Source of the DNA: an uncultured bacterium | GTDB lineage: Bacteria; Muiribacteriota; UBA6191 | NCBI GenBank assembly: GCA_964539825.1 | Contig: CAZIKF010000026.1 | Span: 1,304 to 65,303 of the forward strand | Reading direction: 5' to 3' | DNA: 64,000 nucleotides | In this document: piece by piece, positions 47,251 through 57,047 of the stretch | How the letters are laid out: every line of letters begins with the position of its first letter | Position numbering within the stretch: the stretch's first letter is position 1 | Position numbers and translations under genes: made by a program | The notes under the pieces: generated by a model | The model's database searches: none | The model's input: only the letters and a program-made list of their open reading frames with translations | Told to the model about the DNA's origin: nothing

Positions 47251-48009
47251 TTACCGTTTTAAGACTTCCCCATGGAAAAAAGAATCGAACTTTTCGCGAG
47301 GACAAAACCATACGTTTCGATGATCAATTTCCCTGTCAGGGTACGGTCGTTGCCGAATTTTTTCCAGAGCATGAAGACCTTCATGATCCGCGAAGAAGCC
47401 AAGGTAATCATCTTGCTCAAGAATTTTGACGATTTGTTGGTCTGTTTCGCGGGAAACTGAGCATTCAATCAAAAATGTGGGACGATAAAGTTTCACTAAT
47501 CTGTCAGCCCCACGCATCACCTCGAATTCAAAGCCCTCAACATCCATTTTTACAAAGGTAATAGGGAGTAGATTTGGTTCGTGGTTTGAAGCCAGAAACT
47601 TGTTTAGAGAGGAAGTTTCAATTTCAATCGCCTGAGACTTTTCTCTAAGAATTAAGGATGCTGCTCCATCGCCAATATAGTCTCGAAAAAGTTGGGCTCT
47701 TCCGGGTTCGCTTGAGAGACCAGCCATATAAAATTGCACATTATTCAAAGAGAATACTCTCGATAGCCGTTTGAGATGCGAGAACAGTTCAGGTTGAGGT
47801 TCAAAACAGTGTACCTGACCGTTGATGCCTACACAGCGAGACATCCACCATGCAAAAATTCCCTTATTCGTACCGATGTCTAGAACAGCAGAACCGGAAA
47901 TGGGAAGCTGAAGCAAGTGTTTAAGGTCAAAGCGCTCCGTTCGAAACCGGTATCGATAGAATCGATGCAGCATATGGAGCTTGAAAGTAAAATCGAATTT
48001 TTCCTTCAT
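47251..48009 (-). CDS. FkbM-family methyltransferase
   Basis: VLDIGTNKG, VHCFEPQP, FVKMDVEGFE. Confidence 0.9.
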   Translation of the reverse strand: MKEKFDFTFKLHMLHRFYRYRFRTERFDLKHLLQLPISGSAVLDIGTNKGIFAWWMSRCVGINGQVHCFEPQPELFSHLKRLSRVFSLNNVQFYMAGLSSEPGRAQLFRDYIGDGAASLILREKSQAIEIETSSLNKFLASNHEPNLLPITFVKMDVEGFEFEVMRGADRLVKLYRPTFLIECSVSRETDQQIVKILEQDDYLGFFADHEGLHALEKIRQRPYPDREIDHRNVWFCPREKFDSFFHGEVLKR

Positions 48010-48170
48010 TCTATTAGGCCAGCTTTAAAATTCGGTTCATTATATACTCAAAATGAAGTAATTTGTCCGGATTCCCAGACAAAGCATGAATCCAAAGATT
48101 CCTGAGCTCATCTGCGGTTGAGCCCTCCAGTAGCGAATCCAAATCCAGAGTTTAGAGATGAGGTTATACC

Positions 48171-48198
48171 TTGACAAGTTTAGATCCATGTTTATCAT
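48171..48198 (+). promoter_or_regulatory. Sigma70-type promoter upstream of the WecA-like gene
   Basis: TTGACA-16 nt-TATCAT. Confidence 0.6.
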
Positions 48199-48296
48199 TC
48201 GTGACCACGTTTTAAGTGACGCTTTGTCAAAACCATCGGAAGTGTTCTATCCTCACGCCGATCTTTCGATAAAGGCCTCAAGAAACAATCGCAGTT

Positions 48297-49385
48297 ATGC
48301 TCGCAGCAATTTGGATTTTTATAGTCGTATTTTCGCTTAGCCTTGGGCTAAGCGGGGTCATTATATGGGCTTCGCAAAGGTGGAATCTGCTTTCCACGCC
48401 GCAGGCCAATCGCTGGAATGATCGTCGCATTTCCATCCATGGAGGAGTGGGAATTTGGTTGGCTTTCAGCGTAGGACTATTCCTTTTTAAAGGGATTGAT
48501 CTAGAGGTTCAAGAGTGGGTCTTGTGGTCCACCTCCAGTCTCATGTTTCTGGTAGGTCTCTACGATGACTTTTTTACACTCTCACCAAAGTGGAAATTGT
48601 TGTTTCAGTTTCTTGTTACAGGCACTGCGGTGGGTTGCGGAATCATGTTCACTTTTCTTGACTCCTACTGGTTGAATGTTCTGATTACTGCCCTTTGGAT
48701 TGTGGGGCTGAACAACGCGATTAACCTTCTTGATAATATGGATGGAGCCAGCTCTGGTATCGTGTTTATCACCCTTACCTCCCTTGCTTTCCTACCGCAC
48801 CATATGGATGCTGGATTGGCTTATAGCTGCCTCATTCTGGCGGCTAGTGTGCTTGGCTTCCTGGTATTTAACTTCCATCCGGCACGAATTTTCATGGGTG
48901 ATAGCGGGAGTCTCTTCTTAGGTAATATGACCGCCATGTTGCTTTTGCTTTTCAGCCAGACAATTTCTCCCACTGTGTCGCATACATTCTTTAATTTACC
49001 CAGTGCGATCTTGATACCCGCACTGATGCTTTTCACGCCCATCCTTGATACGACTTATGTATTTCTAAACCGAATTCTGAATGGTTATCCCATTTCCCAG
49101 GGAGATAAAGGTCATATCTCTCACCGCTTGTCCCATATTCTGGGCGGTGATCGCCTGGCAGTACTTTGCCTCTACGCATTCCAGCTCAACATCGCATGGA
49201 TCGTAGCTTCTTATTATTGGACATATTTCTATCCAGTAATGTTGCTGACCGTGCTTGGCCTGGTTCTGCTGACCCGGGCAACCAACCATTTAGTTTGGCC
49301 GGAGAAGTATGTCAAGCCACCGAGTCTTGGCTTCAGGATTGCTCCCCTTCGGCGAGCTGTGAATATAGCTGGTCAAGATCTTTGA
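48297..49385 (+). CDS. Undecaprenyl-phosphate GlcNAc-1-P transferase (WecA/MraY family)
   Basis: VGLYDD, NAINLLDNMDG, IFMGDSGS, DKGHISHRL. Confidence 0.9.
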   Translation: MLAAIWIFIVVFSLSLGLSGVIIWASQRWNLLSTPQANRWNDRRISIHGGVGIWLAFSVGLFLFKGIDLEVQEWVLWSTSSLMFLVGLYDDFFTLSPKWKLLFQFLVTGTAVGCGIMFTFLDSYWLNVLITALWIVGLNNAINLLDNMDGASSGIVFITLTSLAFLPHHMDAGLAYSCLILAASVLGFLVFNFHPARIFMGDSGSLFLGNMTAMLLLLFSQTISPTVSHTFFNLPSAILIPALMLFTPILDTTYVFLNRILNGYPISQGDKGHISHRLSHILGGDRLAVLCLYAFQLNIAWIVASYYWTYFYPVMLLTVLGLVLLTRATNHLVWPEKYVKPPSLGFRIAPLRRAVNIAGQDL

Positions 49386-50529
49386 TTAAACGGTTCACTG
49401 AGTAGCGTTCCTGAACAAACTGCCTGGCAAGAGCTACCTTCTGAGTAGGGATTTCATCGGTGATGGATTGAAATTGACTCGCGAACTCCGAAGGCTTAGG
49501 GTCTGAAATGAGGATGCCACGTTCACCTTGAACTCCTAACAGGTCAACAATTCCCCCCACAGCCGATGCGATTACGGGAATTCCACAGGCAAAAGCTTCT
49601 AAAATGGAGAGAGGTGTCCCTTCATTTATAGACGTCAGTACCAGGCAATCCAGGGCTCCATAAATCTGTCGTGGATCCTCTACATTTCCAGTGAAGTGTA
49701 CATTTTTTAGTTCCATACTGCCGACAAGATCTCTCAATAGCGTTTCAAACTCTCTTGAGCCTCCCCCGACGATCAGGAAATGAACATCAGTGGAATCACC
49801 GCTCCCCTGAAATACCTGAATGGCTTCAAAGAATAATTTGTGATTTTTAATCGAAGACAACCTGCCAACAATCCCGAAGACAGTGCTTTGTGAGCTGATC
49901 CCAAAAGAATCCCGCAGAGAATTGAAATCCAATTCCAATGCAAAGTCGGTCTCAACTCCCAGGGGAATGATTTTGTGTTGCTTTAGGTTACCAACCTGGT
50001 AAGTGTCTAAGATTTCTTTCTGCTGTTGAGATGAAATCGTAATGATGACGTCGCTGCCAAGCAGTGCCAGGAGTCTTTCAATCCATAAAAAAAGTCGATG
50101 TTTCCAGGGTGAAAAATATCCATGAAAGGTGTGACCGTGGAAAGTATGAACCACCATAGGGGCTTTAGAGAAAGGATGTAAAATTCGCCAGAGCAGAACA
50201 GAGAGCCTTCCTAAAAAGCCGGCTTTAGAGGTATGAGTGTGGCAAATAAGAGGGCGAAATCGATCTAAAATAGAATATAGACTAAGAATACAGCGCAGGT
50301 CTTTGAACAAAGAGATGGAGGAAGATAGGGTGGGTAGCTTTAAGAGCCGGATTCCACACTTCCTGGCGAAATGAGAAAGGTCATCCTCATTGCTTTCGAC
50401 ATCCCCGTAAACCAAAAGATTACACCAACCAATCCGATTTAAACCCTGGGAAGCCCAGCTGACGTGTTTAGCCGGACCCCCTACATTTAGGCGAGCGATG
50501 ATGCGTAGAACTCTACGTCGGTGGTTCAT
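49333..50529 (-). CDS. GT4-family glycosyltransferase
   Basis: IIARLNVGGPA, HTHTSKAG, VHTFHGH, TSINEGTPLSILEA. Confidence 0.92.
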   Translation of the reverse strand: MNHRRRVLRIIARLNVGGPAKHVSWASQGLNRIGWCNLLVYGDVESNEDDLSHFARKCGIRLLKLPTLSSSISLFKDLRCILSLYSILDRFRPLICHTHTSKAGFLGRLSVLLWRILHPFSKAPMVVHTFHGHTFHGYFSPWKHRLFLWIERLLALLGSDVIITISSQQQKEILDTYQVGNLKQHKIIPLGVETDFALELDFNSLRDSFGISSQSTVFGIVGRLSSIKNHKLFFEAIQVFQGSGDSTDVHFLIVGGGSREFETLLRDLVGSMELKNVHFTGNVEDPRQIYGALDCLVLTSINEGTPLSILEAFACGIPVIASAVGGIVDLLGVQGERGILISDPKPSEFASQFQSITDEIPTQKVALARQFVQERYSVNRLIKDLDQLYSQLAEGEQS

Positions 50530-50717
50530 TCCATCTCCATCAGGTTACCTGGTCTACAATTAGCGACTAAACGGGCCCCTTTCACAAAGACCCCTTCGTC
50601 GTGAAGCCAATTTAATTATGGTAATATTGGCCGAATTTGCGATTCTGCTCGGAGAGCATTTAAGAAAGGCTTCGAACACATTCGTCCACGTGGATTATAT
50701 GCAAAAAAAGAATTCAA

Positions 50718-51941
50718 ATGAATTGTAGACTTTGTGACTCTTCGAATTTTGAAACTCTCATTGACCTTGGGATGAGCCCCTTTGCAAACAGTTACCTTAC
50801 TGAAGAGCAATTAGAGGAGGGGGAAACCTTCTATCCACTACATGCAAAGGTGTGTATAAATTGCTTCCTGGTCCAACTACCAGCGTATGTGAAGCCAGCA
50901 TCAATCTTTGATGAGTATGCCTATTTTTCCTCATATTCCACCTCTTGGCTTCAACATTGCAAAGCATATTGTGAAAAGGTCAAAGCTAAATTTGAACTGC
51001 ACAAAAATTCATTTGTTGTGGAAGTAGCTTCCAATGATGGCTACCTATTAAAAAACTTTTTGGAGTCTGAAATTCCTTGTATGGGAATTGAGCCAGCCGA
51101 AAATGTAGCCAACAATGCCATTATGAAAGGAATTCCTACCGAGATTGGTTTTTTTGGTGCCTCTCTGGCGGATAAGATTCGATCCACGCATGGTGCTGCA
51201 GATTTACTGGTATCTAAGAATGTACTGGCTCATGTCCCCGATATACATGACTTTGTGGAAGGCTACAAAATCCTGCTTAAGGATAAAGGCGTGGTTACGG
51301 TTGAATTCCCACATCTTTTGGAATTGATTTCAAATAATCAGTTTGACACCATATACCACGAACATTTCTCTTACTTGAGCCTGGGAGTCGTAAAGCAGTT
51401 GTTTGATGCCCATAACCTGAAAATATTCGAGGTGGAAACCCTCAATACCCATGGGGGTTCCTTAAGAGTTTATGCTTCCCATCAAGAATTCACAGGTTTT
51501 CGCAAAACGGACTCCGTAAAGCAGGTGTTACAGAAGGAAGAGGAGCAAAATCTCTATAATCAGCGTGCGTACAGGGAATTTCAGCTCAGAATACTGGCGA
51601 TGCGGCAGAAATTGATGTCGTTGTTAACAAGTATCAAGAGCGAAGGGAAGTCTATAATTGGGTACGGAGCGGCAGCAAAAGGGAACACGCTTTTAAACTA
51701 TTTTGGTATCCGCTCGGACCTGGTCTCTTTTGTTGCAGATAAGTCTGAAGCAAAGCAGGGTAAATTCCTTCCAGGATCTCGCATTCCCATTATTTCTCCC
51801 GAGCAGTTGTTGGAGAATCCACCTGATTTTGTATTTGTGCTAGCGTGGAATTTAAAGGAAGAGATTTTAGAAGAGCTAACTGAAATCAGAAATGAGGGAA
51901 CTAAGATTATTCTAGCAGTTCCTGAAGTGAGGGTGATTTAA
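50718..51941 (+). CDS. NDP-sugar C-methyltransferase family protein
   Basis: Zn-site CRLC...CINC, VEVASNDG, FDTIYHEHFSY, GYGAAAKGNT. Confidence 0.9.
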   Translation: MNCRLCDSSNFETLIDLGMSPFANSYLTEEQLEEGETFYPLHAKVCINCFLVQLPAYVKPASIFDEYAYFSSYSTSWLQHCKAYCEKVKAKFELHKNSFVVEVASNDGYLLKNFLESEIPCMGIEPAENVANNAIMKGIPTEIGFFGASLADKIRSTHGAADLLVSKNVLAHVPDIHDFVEGYKILLKDKGVVTVEFPHLLELISNNQFDTIYHEHFSYLSLGVVKQLFDAHNLKIFEVETLNTHGGSLRVYASHQEFTGFRKTDSVKQVLQKEEEQNLYNQRAYREFQLRILAMRQKLMSLLTSIKSEGKSIIGYGAAAKGNTLLNYFGIRSDLVSFVADKSEAKQGKFLPGSRIPIISPEQLLENPPDFVFVLAWNLKEEILEELTEIRNEGTKIILAVPEVRVI

Positions 51942-52487
51942 ATGATTTTTGAACCTCTGCGGCTTAAGGGAGCCTATTTAATTCGAATGGAGCCAATTCA
52001 GGATAATCGGGGTTGGTTTGCAAGGACCTTTTGTCAACGAGAGTTTGAGGAGCAAGGTCTTGAATCAGGCATTGTGCAAACCAGTGTTTCCAACAATACA
52101 AAGAAAGGAACGCTCCGTGGAATGCACTGGCAAGCATCTCCCTATGAAGAAGTGAAAATGATTCGCTGCACCCGGGGCCGAATTTTTGATGTACTGGTTG
52201 ATATTCGTAAAGATTCAGACACTTTTGGGCAATGGGAAGGATTTGAGCTTTATCCCGATGACCCATGTCTCTTGTATGTTCCGAAGGGTTTTGCCCATGG
52301 CTTCCAAACAATGGAAGACAATACAGACACAAGATATTGGATGGCAGAGTTTTATCACCCAGAGGTTAGTATGGGTTTCCGATGGAATGACCCTGAAGTA
52401 GGTATCCAATGGCCGCAAGTTTCTGAGAGGATAATTTCTGAAAAAGACAAAGAGCTTCCCTGTCTAAGAGAGTTACAACTGAGCTGA
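51942..52487 (+). CDS. rfbC: dTDP-4-dehydrorhamnose 3,5-epimerase
   Basis: DNRGWFAR, LRGMHWQ, GFAHGFQT, WNDPEVGIQWP. Confidence 0.92.
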   Translation: MIFEPLRLKGAYLIRMEPIQDNRGWFARTFCQREFEEQGLESGIVQTSVSNNTKKGTLRGMHWQASPYEEVKMIRCTRGRIFDVLVDIRKDSDTFGQWEGFELYPDDPCLLYVPKGFAHGFQTMEDNTDTRYWMAEFYHPEVSMGFRWNDPEVGIQWPQVSERIISEKDKELPCLRELQLS

Positions 52488-52488
52488 A

Positions 52489-53400
52489 ATGAAGCCTAAG
52501 GTTTTGATCACCGGTGTAAGTGGCTTTATTGGTAGACATTGTCCACGTCTTCTTGAAGAGTCCTATGAAGTTCATGGAGTAGGTACTCGTGCCCAGGATG
52601 GACATTCATTCCAATACCATCAGATTGACCTCCTAGACGATAGAGAAATCACTCAGTTTATTCGAGCATTACGACCCGAGTTTTGCCTACATTTGGCCTG
52701 GGTCACAGATCATGGTAAGTATTGGACTTCAGATCTAAATTATAGGTGGGTTCAGTCCAGTCTTTCACTCTATCGAGAGTTGATCGAGTGTGGCGTGCAA
52801 AGGGTGGTGACTGCCGGTACTTGCGCGGAATATGATTGGACCCATGAAGGGGTGTTCGGTGAGTCACAAAGTCTTTCACCAAAGACCGTTTATGGAGTAT
52901 GCAAGGCAGCCCTCTATTCCATGTCGGCCTCCCTGTTTGACCAATCGAACGTATCCTGGGCCTGGGGTAGGGTATTTCATTGTTTTGGGCCCTTTGAAAA
53001 ACGTGCCAGGCTTATACCTAGTATAATTATTTCCCTGCTTGAAAATCGGCAGGCACAGTGTAGTTCAGGCAATCAGATCCGAGACTTTTTATATGTAGAG
53101 GATCTGGCGTTGGCTTTTTGCCAGTTGCTCGGTTCCAAATGCGAGGGAGCGTTCAATTTATCCTCCGGTGAAAAAGTAGAGCTTGGCAAGGTAATTCAAC
53201 TTGTAGGACATTTATTGCATAAAGAGGACCTGGTGGCTCTGGGAGCAAGGCCGGATCGAGAAGGGGAGCCTCGGTGTCTTGTGGCGGATGTAAAAAGGGC
53301 CCGGGAAGAACTTAAATTTGTACCCAAGTTTGATCTGAAACAAGGACTACAACGAACGATTGATTGGTGGAAAAAGGATGGATTATTGCCCTCTTTGTGA
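52489..53400 (+). CDS. NAD-dependent epimerase/dehydratase (NDP-sugar reductase)
   Basis: ITGVSGFIG, AGTCAEY, YGVCK (YxxxK), RDFLYVED. Confidence 0.9.
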   Translation: MKPKVLITGVSGFIGRHCPRLLEESYEVHGVGTRAQDGHSFQYHQIDLLDDREITQFIRALRPEFCLHLAWVTDHGKYWTSDLNYRWVQSSLSLYRELIECGVQRVVTAGTCAEYDWTHEGVFGESQSLSPKTVYGVCKAALYSMSASLFDQSNVSWAWGRVFHCFGPFEKRARLIPSIIISLLENRQAQCSSGNQIRDFLYVEDLALAFCQLLGSKCEGAFNLSSGEKVELGKVIQLVGHLLHKEDLVALGARPDREGEPRCLVADVKRAREELKFVPKFDLKQGLQRTIDWWKKDGLLPSL

Positions 53401-54538
53401 AGGCAAAGAGCTCTTCAATATTCTCACAAGAGAAAGGGTGCTCATACATCAAAACCTACTTTACTCCAGTGAAGTAGAGGCCTTAAATGCGGATGTTGGC
53501 GAACTGCGGATGGAGTTATGTTCTACCTGCGGTTTTATTTTCAACTCGAAGTTCAAGCCAGAACTTATTTCATATGGTGCTGATTATGATAATCGGCAAA
53601 CTTGTTCACAAGAGTTTCGCAGTTACTTTGAAGCTTTAGCTAAGAAAGTGCTTAGCCATGTTTCCTCTGAAAATACTCAGCTCGTGGAGATCGGATGTGG
53701 AAACGGTGAGTTTCTTGAGTTATTGATTGAGGGTATAAAAGGAGAGTGCCGGGGATACGGATTTGACCCAAGTTATAAAGGCAATGAAGAACTCCTTGTG
53801 GGTAAGATTCAAATTTTAAAACAGTACTACGATGAGTCAGCATCAAAAATCTCCGCAGATCTCGTATGCTGCCGCCATGTGATTGAACATGTCCCGGACC
53901 CAATCGGACTTCTTCAATCGACCCATCAAGCGCTTCAAGATTCTCCTCAAGCCAGAGTTTTTTTTGAGACCCCCTGTGTTGAATGGATTCTAAGAAATAA
54001 AGTAATTTGGGATTTTTTTTATGAACACTGCTCTCTCTTTACCAAAAGCAGTCTGGCGTTTGCATTCGAAAAGACAGGATTTTGTGTGGACAGTGTGGAT
54101 CATGTATTTGGAGAACAGTATTTATGGCTGGAAGCCCGAAAGCAGCCTTGCGTATTGAGTTCCTTCGAGGTTGCTGATCTTGAAGAAATAGCCCATGAAT
54201 ATAGAGAAGCAGAGCGCAGAGAATGGGATCTGTGGCGGGAGACTCTAGGAAGCCATTCAAAAAAGGGAAGGGTAGCGGTGTGGGGGGCAGGAGCCAAGGG
54301 CGCAACTTTTGCAAGCCTTTTAGACCCGCATAGAGAGCAAATCAGTTGCATCATAGATATTAATCCCAATAAGCAAGGGGGTTGGCTTGGTGGCAGCGCA
54401 CACCCGGTAATTAGTCCCGCAACTGCTCCATCTTATGGCATAGAGTATGTTCTTGTTATGAATCCGCTGTATATAAGTGAAATTGAACAGATCATGTCTA
54501 ATGAAGGCATGAAGGCAGATATTGTAGAGAGTTTATGA
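53378..54538 (+). CDS. Second C-methyltransferase-like class I SAM methyltransferase
   Basis: CPLC...CSTC, VEIGCGNG, HVIEHV, FFYEHC, WGAGAKG; ATG 53378 preferred. Confidence 0.88.
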   Translation: MDYCPLCEGKELFNILTRERVLIHQNLLYSSEVEALNADVGELRMELCSTCGFIFNSKFKPELISYGADYDNRQTCSQEFRSYFEALAKKVLSHVSSENTQLVEIGCGNGEFLELLIEGIKGECRGYGFDPSYKGNEELLVGKIQILKQYYDESASKISADLVCCRHVIEHVPDPIGLLQSTHQALQDSPQARVFFETPCVEWILRNKVIWDFFYEHCSLFTKSSLAFAFEKTGFCVDSVDHVFGEQYLWLEARKQPCVLSSFEVADLEEIAHEYREAERREWDLWRETLGSHSKKGRVAVWGAGAKGATFASLLDPHREQISCIIDINPNKQGGWLGGSAHPVISPATAPSYGIEYVLVMNPLYISEIEQIMSNEGMKADIVESL

Positions 54539-55299
54539 AACTAATTATTGATACAGAGACGCGTGAGATTACCAGAATTGATGGCGAGGAGTCAGACACC
54601 TACGACCTATATTCGAAGAAAGCCTTTGAATTGATTTCCAGCCAGTGGGTGAATGTAGGCTGGGATCAAAAGTATTCCTACACCTTCAGCTGGTTTGGCA
54701 GACCGATCATACAGTTACCTGAAGACATGGTCCGTACCCAAGAGGTGATCTGGAGTTTAAAGCCGGATCTAATTATTGAAACCGGGATAGCCCATGGAGG
54801 ATCCCTCATATACTACGCCAGTTTGTTTGAGGCCTTAGGTCATGGCAGAGTTTTAGGTGTCGACATTGAGATACGGGAAGAAAATCTGAAGGAACTCAAA
54901 ACCCATCAACTCTCGTCTAGAATAGATTTGATCATAGGAGATTCGATTTCTGATGAGACTTTGAGCAAGGTAGAAGCCATGGTTAGAGAAGATGAGAAGG
55001 TACTCGTGATTCTAGATTCCAATCACTCCTATGACCACGTGCTGGCGGAGTTAGAAGCCTATCATCATTTTGTGAAGCCCGGGGGCTACATCGTCGCTAC
55101 CGACGGAGTAATGAAAGATTTAAGTATTGTTCCCAGGGGGGCCGAGTCCTGGACTCGGGATAACCCATATCATGCAGCACAGGACTTTGTGGCGAAAAGG
55201 GATGATTTTGTGATTGAACAGCCAGCGTGGTACTTCAACGAAAGTTCATTAAATCAAAACATCACCCATTGGCCCGGAGCTTGGTTGAGAAAACTCTAA
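54535..55299 (+). CDS. CmcI / cephalosporin hydroxylase-family methyltransferase
   Basis: WFGRPIIQLPED, IIETGIAHGGS, VILDSNHS, THWPGAWL. Confidence 0.9.
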   Translation: MKLIIDTETREITRIDGEESDTYDLYSKKAFELISSQWVNVGWDQKYSYTFSWFGRPIIQLPEDMVRTQEVIWSLKPDLIIETGIAHGGSLIYYASLFEALGHGRVLGVDIEIREENLKELKTHQLSSRIDLIIGDSISDETLSKVEAMVREDEKVLVILDSNHSYDHVLAELEAYHHFVKPGGYIVATDGVMKDLSIVPRGAESWTRDNPYHAAQDFVAKRDDFVIEQPAWYFNESSLNQNITHWPGAWLRKL

Positions 55300-55499
55300 A
55301 AGTCGGGGCTAAGAGGCGGTTCAGAAATAGAATATTTAGCCCCAAGATTCGATTTGGATTTTCTTTGAAGTCAACCTAGATTGTGTTGGTAGTCTCAGAA
55401 TTTATACTTGGCGTCATTTCAATTAAACTCAAACAACTTTATCGATTTGAAATTGGAGCCAAAATAGCGAGTACTTAACGTAACTTGTCTTAATAGAAT

Positions 55500-57047
55500 A
55501 TGGTCACTATGAAATTCAAGTGGTTATCAAACATAGGGATTGTCAAAGCCAACATGTTGGCGAATTTGGTAGGTCGTGCATGGAATGCCATTTTGCTGTT
55601 CTTATGCATTCCATTCTATATACAGATACTGGGTATGGAAGGCTATGGCTTGATCGGCTTCTTCTTCTCGCTACAGGGTGTCATCAAACTCTTGGACCTT
55701 GGTCTTAGTACAGTTGTGAATAAGGAAATAGCATCCTTTTCCCTTAAAGAAGAGCATTTCCAAGATTTAAGAGATCTAGTAAGAACCCTTGAAATCATAT
55801 ATTGGGGTATTGGCTTAATTCTAACCCTGGCTATCTTGTTTAGTTCGTCATGGATAGGGGGTTCTTGGATTCAATCAGAGTATCTCTCTCCACATGAGGT
55901 GACGAATGCAGTCTTCCTTATGGCTCTTGCCATAGTATTTCAATGGCCCGTCGTTTTTTACTCCGGGTGTTTTTCAGGAATGCAAAAACAGGTCACCCTT
56001 AATTTTTGGAATAGTGCTATAGCAATATTTAGGTTTGGCTTGGTGATACCGGTTTTATATATCGTAGACCCAACTATAGAGAACTTCTTTTTATGGCAAA
56101 TATTGGTGGGCTTAGTTTCCACCGTACCTATGGCTATGCATGCCTGGAAATCATTGCCAGGAGGCTACCGAATAGCAACCTTTCAAAGCAAAATCTTGCG
56201 AAAAATATGGAGATTTACTGTGGGTTTAAGCATTGCTTCCATTTTGGCTGTTATCCTTATGCAGTCAGATAAGATTTTGCTAAGTAAGCTGCTAATGCTG
56301 GAACAATTTGGTTACTACACACTGGCAACCACAGTAGCTGGACTCATTTATTATCTAGTGTATCCAATCGGAATGGCCGTATTTCCAAAGCTTTCCCAGT
56401 TAGTCTCAGAAGGCGAGCTAGAAGAAGTAAGGAGAATGTATCACCTGGCAAATCAGGTTATGTCGGCTGCTATTATACCGCTGAGCCTTGCTATGAGTAT
56501 TGGGGCTAAAGAGATGATATTTATATGGACAGGAAATGAGTCCATTGCCTCGAATGTGGGACCAGTACTTTCGATCTACTGCCTGGGTACTCTTATCCAT
56601 GGATTATTGCATATACCCTTTTTTCTTCAATTTGCTTCCTCATGGACCAAATTAGCCCTATATGCTAATTTAATTGCCGTTGTATTATTCATCCCCTTGC
56701 TGTTTTGGCTTACCAACTATCTAGGTATGCAGGGCGGAGCGTATGCTTGGTTGATTACCAACCTGATCTATAGCATCTTTGTAATGTTTGCGATGCACAA
56801 GCGACTACTTAAGAAAGATCTTTTAAGATGGTTGTTTAGTGATTTAGGAGTAAGTTTTGTGATAAGCATTGTCGTATTTAGCGCTTGGTATGTGGTGATA
56901 CCAAGCCCCTCAGGCAGGGTGTCCTCATTTCTATGGTATTCTTTGCTGATACTAAGCTCACAGACCCTGTGTATTATGGCAACAAGCGAGGGCCGATCAT
57001 GGCTGCAAAAGAACTTTTTCCATCGGGGTGAAATGAATGCCATGTGA
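55500..57047 (+). CDS. wzx: Wzx-type oligosaccharide flippase
   Basis: ILGMEGYGLIG, DLGLS, DKILLSKLL, about 12-14 TMs. Confidence 0.85.
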   Translation: MVTMKFKWLSNIGIVKANMLANLVGRAWNAILLFLCIPFYIQILGMEGYGLIGFFFSLQGVIKLLDLGLSTVVNKEIASFSLKEEHFQDLRDLVRTLEIIYWGIGLILTLAILFSSSWIGGSWIQSEYLSPHEVTNAVFLMALAIVFQWPVVFYSGCFSGMQKQVTLNFWNSAIAIFRFGLVIPVLYIVDPTIENFFLWQILVGLVSTVPMAMHAWKSLPGGYRIATFQSKILRKIWRFTVGLSIASILAVILMQSDKILLSKLLMLEQFGYYTLATTVAGLIYYLVYPIGMAVFPKLSQLVSEGELEEVRRMYHLANQVMSAAIIPLSLAMSIGAKEMIFIWTGNESIASNVGPVLSIYCLGTLIHGLLHIPFFLQFASSWTKLALYANLIAVVLFIPLLFWLTNYLGMQGGAYAWLITNLIYSIFVMFAMHKRLLKKDLLRWLFSDLGVSFVISIVVFSAWYVVIPSPSGRVSSFLWYSLLILSSQTLCIMATSEGRSWLQKNFFHRGEMNAM

